From positions 1,376,001-1,440,000 of the forward strand of contig OZ245742.1 of assembly GCA_965227295.1 (NCBI GenBank): a DNA stretch of 64,000 nucleotides, read 5' to 3'. Each line of letters starts with the position of its first letter. Positions within the stretch are counted from its first letter, which is position 1. The notes under the pieces were generated by a model that was not told where the DNA came from, did no database searches, and was given only the letters and a program-made list of their open reading frames with translations. Position numbers and translations under genes: made by a program. Below, piece after piece: positions 1 to 7,383 of this stretch. The DNA is from Leptonemataceae bacterium. GTDB lineage: Bacteria; Spirochaetota; Leptospiria; Leptospirales; Leptonemataceae.

Positions 1-180
1 GTAATTGAACGGGGTGACGTCGTAATAACCGAAGAAGACCTGGCGGCCCGGTGCGGAGAATTCCCGCAGCGGCAGGTAGCTGTGATAACTTCGCAGGCCG
101 TGGCGTAGATAACGCAGGCGACGCAGCATCCAGGTCAGCGTGCGAAAGACGATGGTGGCGATCGTATCGCGGAGGGACAC
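1..180 (-). CDS. Partial CDS running off the window edge; hypothetical, possibly a beta-propeller protein
   Basis: My translation from GTG at 180: MSLRDTIATIVFRTLTWMLRRLRYLRHGLRSYHSYLPLREFSAPGRQVFFGYYDVTPFNY, open to position 1. FFGYYD..PF resembles propeller-protein starts. Confidence 0.55.
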   Translation of the reverse strand, partial: MSLRDTIATIVFRTLTWMLRRLRYLRHGLRSYHSYLPLREFSAPGRQVFFGYYDVTPFNY

Positions 181-262
181 GCCGAACCTTCACCCGCGTG
201 CGCCCGGCGGGTCAAGCGCGATTGTCGCCGCGCGCGAAACATCATCATACGCGTCATGCACA

Positions 263-2560
263 TCAAAACTCCAGGTACATCTGCGCGCCGGGCTTGCGCG
301 CGAAGTACTCCGGCGGTGCGAAGTGTTCCCAGACCTCGCGATAAACTTCCCACAACAATCGCCGGTAGTACTCGACGTCGTAGCGAGGCTCGCCGCGCTG
401 TAGATCCAGGGCTTCTTCGGAAACGTAACGCCGGGCCGGATCGCGGTGGCGATGGTTCACGGCCAGGTAGCGAATCTTATCGCCGGGCTGCAGTTCCACG
501 CCGGTGCTCGCACGGATTTGACTCAGGGCGGTGACCGTGGCACTGGAACGCGCGGCGTAGTCCTCGAGCGGCCGCGTGACTTTGCGGCGGATCATCAGAT
601 CGCGGGCAGGCACGGTGCGCGCGGCGAGTTCGGCTTCGAACTTCTCGAAGCGCGCGCGGATTTTCGGATGGGCCGCGCGCAGATCTTCGACGTCGGTGTA
701 TGCGCTCATGTCGTCCAGTAATTGCAACTGAACGTTTCTTAAGAAATCCGGTGTGTCCTTGCGCCGGGCCGCTACGCCGCGGATTTTGATTTCGCCGTCA
801 TCGAAGCGGCCGAAGTAGCGATTGATGACTCCCAGCTCCGGATCGCTCTTCGACGGCAGAAAGACCACCCAGGAGTACACGCCCTCGATGGCCATGTCGA
901 TGCGCGTCGAGGACTTAATGTCCAGGCAGAGCAAGTTTAGATCCTCGCGGTCGATGGGCGTCTCGTCCGGATGATGAATGAAGATCGAGTCGGTGATGCC
1001 GTGGGCCAGGCGGTAACCTCGTTCCTCGGCGCGCTCTTTGGCAGTAAGCAGTTTTTCGCGACCCCAGGCGGTGACGCTCTCATGACTTTCGATGCGGCCG
1101 AACTTTGCGTTGCGATAACCCAGGTAACCGAACGACGTCACGAGCATCCATTTAATGGAGCGTTGCATGGCGTCGTAGACTTCCCGGAGCGGGCCCTCGG
1201 TTTCGTTCTTGCGTTGTTTGTAGTACGCGCGCCGGGTCAGAATGCGTTCGAGGGCCTCGGACACCACGCCCCGGCGTTTCGTGCACACACGGTAGCCGGC
1301 TTCCGGCACGCGGTCCACGTGATGGTCGTCGTTGGTGCAACAGGAGCAGTTTACGGTTTCCGGGGAAATGTTGTGAATGGTCATGATGCTCGGATACATC
1401 TGGCTGAAGTCGAGCTGGGCCGTGTTTTCGCGCACGCAGCTCTCGCGTACGTCCGGTACGAACTGTATGCCGCCCTTGTCCACGGAGAGCAGCTCGTAAG
1501 CGTTCTTCGGTTCTTCGATCGCGCTCTTTTGCCAGGGCACCAGGTAGCCCGAGTCCAACGCTACTTTTGTTTCAATGGAAGTTAGCGCGGCGCCGGTGGA
1601 GGACCGGGACATGCGCTGCACCGGAATACAGGACAATCGTGCGAGTTCGATGACGCCGATCAGCTCGGCTTCTTTGTAAACGAAGGAGTTGGCCGAGTCC
1701 ACGTGCAGACGGCCGAAGAGCGGATACGCCGGCGCGACGTAAATCCACGATCCGTAGGTGTTAAAGCTGTGGCCTTTGCGGAGAATCTTGCGCGCGGTGA
1801 ACGGCGCGTCGCGATCGAGTTTCAAAGGCAGTTTACGGCGCTGGGCGGTTTCGAAGAGGTACGGAAAGATCGTCTGGTCGCCGTACGAAGAGAGGACAAT
1901 GTCCGGATCGTGCTCGTCGAAGGCGGCGTTGAGTTCCAGGATGAGCGCACGCGGGTCTTTGCCGGGAAGTTCGCGGCGTTCGCCGTTCCCTTCGACAATG
2001 AGTGTGTTCTCCGTAAACGGCAGCCGGTGGCTGCGGGCGAGTCGCATCGTTAAAATGCGCAGCGGCGGCAGTTCGTACTCCAGGTCGTCGGCAGTGTTGA
2101 TCTTTTCGATGTGTGCGATGCGATCGATCTTCGCCGCGGCGGCGAGCTCGCGTTCGGTTTCGAGACGCACCCGCGCGAAAGGATGAACGTTCTTTGCGTA
2201 CATGTAGGCCGTGGGAACTTCGATGTCGGAATGGTAGACATCCAGGCGGCCGTAAAACGCATAGAGTCGTCGGCGAACGCGGCGTAGTACCGACGGCCGG
2301 GCGATCTTAATTTCCAGTACGCGTTGCGGTTCGTTCTTATAAAAATGCGTGCGCAGTACGTAGCGTGGTTCCGCGGCCAGAGCGTTCATGGCCTGGAGGC
2401 GGTCGACGAAGTTACGCAACGTCGTCTCCGGCCCGGCCGCATAGATCGACGGATGAAAGCGATCCCGCACCAGATGCGCCCGGCCGGTGTCGTCGAGGAT
2501 CCAGACATAGATGTCGTCCTCGAAATGGTAGATATCCAGTATAAATCCCTGGAGAATCAT
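263..2560 (-). CDS. polB: Family B DNA polymerase, PolB2-type, with degenerate proofreading domain
   Basis: 765 aa. Motif A LDFSQMYPSIM, HNISPETVNCSCC, motif B KWMLVTSFGYLG, motif C HGITDSIF, KIRGVAARRKD. ExoI/ExoII acidic residues absent. Confidence 0.93.
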   Translation of the reverse strand: MILQGFILDIYHFEDDIYVWILDDTGRAHLVRDRFHPSIYAAGPETTLRNFVDRLQAMNALAAEPRYVLRTHFYKNEPQRVLEIKIARPSVLRRVRRRLYAFYGRLDVYHSDIEVPTAYMYAKNVHPFARVRLETERELAAAAKIDRIAHIEKINTADDLEYELPPLRILTMRLARSHRLPFTENTLIVEGNGERRELPGKDPRALILELNAAFDEHDPDIVLSSYGDQTIFPYLFETAQRRKLPLKLDRDAPFTARKILRKGHSFNTYGSWIYVAPAYPLFGRLHVDSANSFVYKEAELIGVIELARLSCIPVQRMSRSSTGAALTSIETKVALDSGYLVPWQKSAIEEPKNAYELLSVDKGGIQFVPDVRESCVRENTAQLDFSQMYPSIMTIHNISPETVNCSCCTNDDHHVDRVPEAGYRVCTKRRGVVSEALERILTRRAYYKQRKNETEGPLREVYDAMQRSIKWMLVTSFGYLGYRNAKFGRIESHESVTAWGREKLLTAKERAEERGYRLAHGITDSIFIHHPDETPIDREDLNLLCLDIKSSTRIDMAIEGVYSWVVFLPSKSDPELGVINRYFGRFDDGEIKIRGVAARRKDTPDFLRNVQLQLLDDMSAYTDVEDLRAAHPKIRARFEKFEAELAARTVPARDLMIRRKVTRPLEDYAARSSATVTALSQIRASTGVELQPGDKIRYLAVNHRHRDPARRYVSEEALDLQRGEPRYDVEYYRRLLWEVYREVWEHFAPPEYFARKPGAQMYLEF

Positions 2561-2569
2561 GTTATCTAT

Positions 2570-2851
2570 CGTGTGCGACCCGAATCCTGGTGTAAGTTGC
2601 GGCCAATGTGGATTAAGGATTTTTTGGGTACGGCACCTGGAGAGTTGTGGATTGTTATGGGGTGGCGAGTGGTTGCTTCGACCCGGAACGAACTGGAGTC
2701 ACTGCTCCCGAAGCTGAGTTGCTAATCCGCGTCCGGGCCGAAGTCGACAGTCTTAACAAAACGACTCACCGCAACTCTTCAGGTGCCGTAGCCGTAAAGT
2801 CCCCTTGATAATCCCTCAACTTACCTTATGAATCTCACGACAAACGCCGCG
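2570..2851. repeat. ~280-nt long-hairpin palindromic dispersed element, copy A
   Basis: Arms 2626-2650/2769-2793, 2592-2599/2817-2824 and 2676-2687/2732-2743 are inverted repeats. Homologous to 33081-33368 and 47520-47760. Confidence 0.85.
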
Positions 2852-2867
2852 AATCCCGCGCCGCGAA

Positions 2868-3329
2868 TTACAACGCCATCGATCGAACCGCGGAAAATTC
2901 TTTCGCGAGTGCCTGTAGTTGTTCGCGTAACTCCAGGACCTCCCGCGACGTTGTATCGAGGCGTTCTTCGTGACCCAGGACCCGCTCGGCGATTTCTTCG
3001 ACCAGGCCGTGTTGTTCTTCGCGTTCGTCCGCGTGGTCTTCGAGTTGCTCGAACAGGTCCTGCCGTTCCTCGGATTCGTCCTCGCAGGCGGACAGACGTT
3101 CTTCGTGAGCACCGAGGCGACGCTCGTGTTCAATCAACGCCGCCAGAGCGACGGAGTCGAAAGGATTCGGACTCGCCGCGAGGACGCCGGACTGTAACTG
3201 CAACTTAGCAGATCTTAAGATCGCGTCGAGGGCGTCCTGATCGTCTTTGCGCAACCCGCGCCGAAATTTTTGTAAGCGTGCTTCAATCGCTTCAATCTGC
3301 ATGGAATAAGGAGCCAGCGTTCTGCCCAT
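2868..3329 (-). CDS. PolB2-associated small helical protein (arCOG07300-like) with acidic coiled-coil tail
   Basis: ATG at 3329: MGRTLAPYSMQIEAIEARLQKFRRGLRKDDQDALDAIL...PNPFDSVALAALIEHERRL matches the MGRT...RRxLRxxD...PF pattern of PolB2 accessory proteins. Confidence 0.8.
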   Translation of the reverse strand: MGRTLAPYSMQIEAIEARLQKFRRGLRKDDQDALDAILRSAKLQLQSGVLAASPNPFDSVALAALIEHERRLGAHEERLSACEDESEERQDLFEQLEDHADEREEQHGLVEEIAERVLGHEERLDTTSREVLELREQLQALAKEFSAVRSMAL

Positions 3330-3960
3330 GGGTTTCTCCGATGTAATTGTGATAGTGTGTGTATTGATCGTTGCCGGTGAAGTCGCTGAGACTACGGCGC
3401 ACCGCGGCGAGTTTGTGCAACTCCGGCCGCAATCGTAAAAAGACCGGGTGGTCGTACTCGCGTTCGACGATGACGAGGGGAGTACGTCGGCGTTTGCCGA
3501 TCCAGCGAAACAGATCGAAGAGGCGCTGCAAAAGATACTCGCCTTCGTCTTCGGCCACGTCGCCGTCGAAGAACTGTTTGCACGGCGAAAGAAAAAACCG
3601 CACGCTGCCCTCTTCGTCCTGTGTTTGTCCGCGAGCGATGTTTTGCGCCGTGTCCAGGAGTTGGTACGGTGTAAACGCGCGCTGCACGGTAATGGAATGC
3701 AGCACCGGTTCTGGCGGCACGCCCCGCCGCAGGCATTCGTCGGCCAGGCGAAAGACATTGAAACGATTCGCGCCGTCGACGTTGTGAATCCGACGCCCGG
3801 CGAGGCTTAAAAGCATTTGCCAGTCCAGCGCGAGAGCGAAGGCCGTGGACGACGTGCCGGTGAGCAATCGCGTGCCCGGGCGATGACCGAAAAAGGCCCG
3901 CATGGACACGGCGGCAAAGTCGTGCGCTTCTTCCGGGCTGTGCGGGGCAACGGCGTGCAT
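3292..3960 (-). CDS. Inactivated RecA/RadA-like protein (PolB2-associated, ImuA-analogous)
   Basis: 222 aa. Degenerate Walker A (LLTGTSSTA), VDGANRFN, ITVQRAFTPYQL, FFDGDV. Upstream of the accessory gene and polB. Confidence 0.75.
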   Translation of the reverse strand: MHAVAPHSPEEAHDFAAVSMRAFFGHRPGTRLLTGTSSTAFALALDWQMLLSLAGRRIHNVDGANRFNVFRLADECLRRGVPPEPVLHSITVQRAFTPYQLLDTAQNIARGQTQDEEGSVRFFLSPCKQFFDGDVAEDEGEYLLQRLFDLFRWIGKRRRTPLVIVEREYDHPVFLRLRPELHKLAAVRRSLSDFTGNDQYTHYHNYIGETHGQNAGSLFHAD

Positions 3961-4013
3961 GTCCGCATTGTCGCCGCAAATATATACGCATGTAAAGCTA
4001 ACAAATGTTTTGC
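3961..4013 (-). promoter_or_regulatory. Candidate leaderless sigma70 promoter of the PolB2 cassette, with adjacent AAC-N4-GTT dyad
   Basis: Minus strand: TTTACA (3996-3991), 18 nt, GACAAT (3972-3967), 6 nt, ATG 3960. AACA-AA-TGTT dyad at 4000-4009. Confidence 0.35.
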
Positions 4014-4184
4014 ATCTCCGGATCGGCGGACTTTTTGCGCGGGAGCTGTGGAGTGTTACCGGAATTTCCGGCGCCGTGTAAATTTATGCAGGCCGGTTCG
4101 TCGGCGATGAATGCATCGCGACCGAATCGGTAACATACTTATGCGTCGGCGTTGCGCCCTGTAACATTCTGAATCGGCCGCCGG

Positions 4185-4622
4185 CTAAGTCTGAAGTCGC
4201 TCCCCATGCACTGAAGGACCGTCGCCGCTTTCCAGGGCCTGACGCACAATCTCGTTCACGTAAACGTTTGCGCAGCCGCTCATCACATCCTGCACGATGC
4301 GCAAACCGTAGCCGGCGTGTTCGGTGTGACTCGCCTGATGCAGAATGACCGGAAAGGACTTCTGTAAAAAGGAGCCGTCCATGGCTTCGTCTTCGCTCTC
4401 CCAGGAGTGCGCGTCGTACAGGCCGCGGTCGGGCGACCAGGCCGTGGTCCCCAGCGCCGAAGAAGAAAACCACATGCGCGCCAGCCGGCCGGACGAGTCC
4501 AACGATAACACCAGCCCCCGGCGCACGAAATCCTCGCGCAGAAACTCTTCAAAGTAGACGTCCGTGTAGACGTGGCCGTCCTCGAGGTTCTCTTCGGTCT
4601 CTTTGCGCGTCAGGGTCATCAT
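4185..4622 (-). CDS. Hypothetical protein
   Basis: 145-aa ORF whose start overlaps the stop of the upstream hydrolase (ATGA coupling). Confidence 0.65.
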   Translation of the reverse strand: MMTLTRKETEENLEDGHVYTDVYFEEFLREDFVRRGLVLSLDSSGRLARMWFSSSALGTTAWSPDRGLYDAHSWESEDEAMDGSFLQKSFPVILHQASHTEHAGYGLRIVQDVMSGCANVYVNEIVRQALESGDGPSVHGERLQT

Positions 4623-5425
4623 GATCGCTTCTCGATGAAGTCGGCGATTTCGTTCCAGTCCGCCGGGCGCAGGAAGTCGCCGACGTCGTTGTGGCCGGCT
4701 CCTCTAAGTTCCATGAATCGCGAGTTTGGAAACTCCTCGTGCAACCGGCGACCCATGTCGATGGGAATCGTCCGATCCGCGTTGCCGTGGATGATCAGCA
4801 CCGGTTGTTGAATGCCGTCCGCCTTCCAGTGCGTGTAAAAACCGTCGCTGATTACGAGGTACGGCAGAATCGGTACGTAGTGCTCCGAGGCGACGGCGGG
4901 GATGGAAGTATAGGGGCTGATCAACACCAGGTTCGCGGCGTAACCGCGTCCGGCCATCTCCACCGCAACGCCCGTGCCCAGGGAACGTCCCCAGAGCGTG
5001 GTGCGATCGACGGTGAAGCCGAGTTCCTCGGAGGCGTAGCGCAGGGCGATCTCAACATCGGCGTAGATTGCGTTCTCTGAAGGTTTGTACTCGTTCGCCA
5101 CGCCGTAGCCGGGGTACTCCACCAGCAGAATGCTGAAGTTACGTGCGGCGAGTTCGCGGGCGAAGGCCGCGTCCGCGGCCATGGGCGCTCCGTTGCCGTG
5201 AAGAAAGACGACCAGGCGCGGACCGCGACGGGCGAAGAAGGCATACACGGTACGATCGTGTCCGTCACGCCGGATCTGAAGCAATTCGCCGCCGTTAACA
5301 GCGGGTTTGATGGTGGACGGGCTCGCGGGAAAAATGAGCGGTTTGGTTAAGACGCAGCCGCCCAGGCGCAGGACGATGATGACGACCACGAGAATGAGAA
5401 CACGGCGGACGTTGGAATTCGACAT
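4619..5425 (-). CDS. Alpha/beta hydrolase (ABHD17/BEM46-like) with N-terminal membrane anchor
   Basis: FLHGNG, VEYPGYG, WGRSLG nucleophile, HGNAD, GAGHND. Start ATG 5425. Confidence 0.9.
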   Translation of the reverse strand: MSNSNVRRVLILVVVIIVLRLGGCVLTKPLIFPASPSTIKPAVNGGELLQIRRDGHDRTVYAFFARRGPRLVVFLHGNGAPMAADAAFARELAARNFSILLVEYPGYGVANEYKPSENAIYADVEIALRYASEELGFTVDRTTLWGRSLGTGVAVEMAGRGYAANLVLISPYTSIPAVASEHYVPILPYLVISDGFYTHWKADGIQQPVLIIHGNADRTIPIDMGRRLHEEFPNSRFMELRGAGHNDVGDFLRPADWNEIADFIEKRS

Positions 5426-5478
5426 GTGCCGGAAAAAAGACTCGCTGGCGTGAAAAAAGCAACGCAAATTTAGTTCAT

Positions 5479-6810
5479 ATGATGAAACTCACGGACCCGC
5501 AACTCGGCGAAGCCGTCGCATCGGAGATTGCGCGACACTTTCTATTGCATCTGCGCTGCGAGCAGGAAAAATCTCCGGAGCTGATCGATGCCGTGCGCTT
5601 CGATGGACGCAGCGCCCGGGCAATCAACGGCGCTCTGATCGTCCGCCTGAAGGACGAATTCCCCGACGTCGTCGATCAACCGTCACCGGAGTACAACCTG
5701 TTCGTTCGCTGGGTGGAATTGAATCGTTTTCAGTTCGCGTATGCGGACTTCGCCTTCGAGGCTTACAACATCATCTTCTACGAGCGCATTCTTTCGCTGC
5801 GCAATCATACCGAGGACGGCCGGCGTTTGTTTCACGACATTACCCTGGACGTCTTCGAGAAGTTCGACACGGAGCAGACGGGTTTTTCGGTGTCGTTCTT
5901 CGTGCGCGTCGAAAACAACATGCGCGAACTGCTGCGCAACATCGCTTACGAAATGCCGGAGCTTTCACCGGACGATCGCGAGCGGGCCTGGGAACTGATC
6001 TTTGAGCAAAGCAAGGAGTACCACGAGGTGGTGAACGAGTACTTCGAACGTCTGCTCCGCAACGCCCTGGATCGTTCGGAGGAGTTGCTGCATAATATTC
6101 TGCCCGTGAAAGTTAGCGAAGAGTTGAAAGAACGCGGTCGCGTGCAGCCGGTGCAGATCGAAAGCGCGACGGTGCTGTTCACTGACTTCAAGGGCTTCAC
6201 GATGCTTTCCGAACAAATGAGCCCCTCCGAACTCGTCGCGGCCCTGGACGAATGTTTCTCGGAGTTCGATCAGATCATCGATCAGCACGGACTGGAGAAA
6301 ATCAAAACCATCGGCGATGCCTACATGTGTGCCGGCGGTCTGCCGGAAACGAACCGCACGCATGCCATCGACGCGGCCCTGGCCGCACTGAAGATGCGTT
6401 TGGTCATCGCGGAACTGGGGCTGAAGTACGCCGAGGCCCAGGTGCCGTACTGGGAGGTGCGCATCGGCTTTCACACGGGGCCGCTCACGGCCGGCGTCAT
6501 CGGTAAAAAAAAGTTCAGCTATGACATCTGGGGCGACACGGTGAACACGGCGTCGCGCATGGAATCCTCGGGCGCGCCCGGCCGGGTGAACTGCTCCGGT
6601 GCGGCTCACGATCACATTAAGTATCTATTCAATTGCGAACCCCGCGGCAAGATCTCCGCGAAGAACAAGGGCGACGTCGAGATGTTTTTCGTGAACGGCC
6701 TGCGCGCGCGTTTCAGTGAACACGGCGCCGGTCACGTGCCGAACGCGGAGTTCTGGAACGTGTACGAGAAATTGAAGAACGGCGCCAGGCTTAAGTTTCG
6801 CGGGGAGTGA
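5479..6810 (+). CDS. Class III adenylate/guanylate cyclase
   Basis: VLFTDFKGFT, EKIKTIGDAYM, YDIWGDTVNTASRMES. Lys/Asp specificity residues suggest ATP as substrate. Confidence 0.93.
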   Translation: MMKLTDPQLGEAVASEIARHFLLHLRCEQEKSPELIDAVRFDGRSARAINGALIVRLKDEFPDVVDQPSPEYNLFVRWVELNRFQFAYADFAFEAYNIIFYERILSLRNHTEDGRRLFHDITLDVFEKFDTEQTGFSVSFFVRVENNMRELLRNIAYEMPELSPDDRERAWELIFEQSKEYHEVVNEYFERLLRNALDRSEELLHNILPVKVSEELKERGRVQPVQIESATVLFTDFKGFTMLSEQMSPSELVAALDECFSEFDQIIDQHGLEKIKTIGDAYMCAGGLPETNRTHAIDAALAALKMRLVIAELGLKYAEAQVPYWEVRIGFHTGPLTAGVIGKKKFSYDIWGDTVNTASRMESSGAPGRVNCSGAAHDHIKYLFNCEPRGKISAKNKGDVEMFFVNGLRARFSEHGAGHVPNAEFWNVYEKLKNGARLKFRGE

Positions 6811-6811
6811 G

Positions 6812-7138
6812 TTACAGCACCCACACCTTAAACCACTCCCACAGATACGCCACATACAACACCACGAGCGCCAGCGCCAGAAACACGTAGAAACCGATGC
6901 GCCCGAACGCCGCGGACTTGCCGGCCGCCATGTTGACGATGCGTTGCGTGAGCGAGTCCATAAACTCGAACAGCGGCACAAATAAAAACACGATCACCAC
7001 CATGCCGATGAGCGTCGCGACATACGGACTGAACCGCGACTTCGCTTCGTCGAGCAACCAGCCCTCCACGAAGCCCACCACGAGATACGCCGTCAGAATC
7101 GAAATCGCCACCAGGATCGTACGCAGAATTTTTTGCAT
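6812..7138 (-). CDS. Small membrane protein (3 TM)
   Basis: Three hydrophobic stretches. Start at 7138 or 7156. Confidence 0.7.
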   Translation of the reverse strand: MQKILRTILVAISILTAYLVVGFVEGWLLDEAKSRFSPYVATLIGMVVIVFLFVPLFEFMDSLTQRIVNMAAGKSAAFGRIGFYVFLALALVVLYVAYLWEWFKVWVL

Positions 7139-7383
7139 GATGGGACCGTCTTGCATGCTACCGGCAAGGCAAGCGAAAACGGCGGGCCGGCCCCGGCGTC
7201 AGTCGCATCATACTACATAATCACTCCATGCCCGCGCCTGTTCCTCACGTTTGTCCCTGCCCGGGCCGATACCGATACTGATACTATGGCCCCGCGAGAT
7301 GGGGCCGAAATGGCCGGAACGCCGTGTTAGGATTTCGTGAATTTGCTTGCCCGGCAAGCGTGGCCCGGAGTCAATGAATCATC

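Noticed and set aside
2575-2725. Similar peptides (RPESWCKLRP..., GTAPGEL...PKLSC) in ORF-track entries at 2324, 32934 and 47294
   Set aside because: No shared start codon, RBS or stop. The similarity is explained by the underlying DNA repeat.
7268-7285. GATACC-GATACT-GATACT micro-repeat
   Set aside because: Only three imperfect hexamers, with no supporting context.
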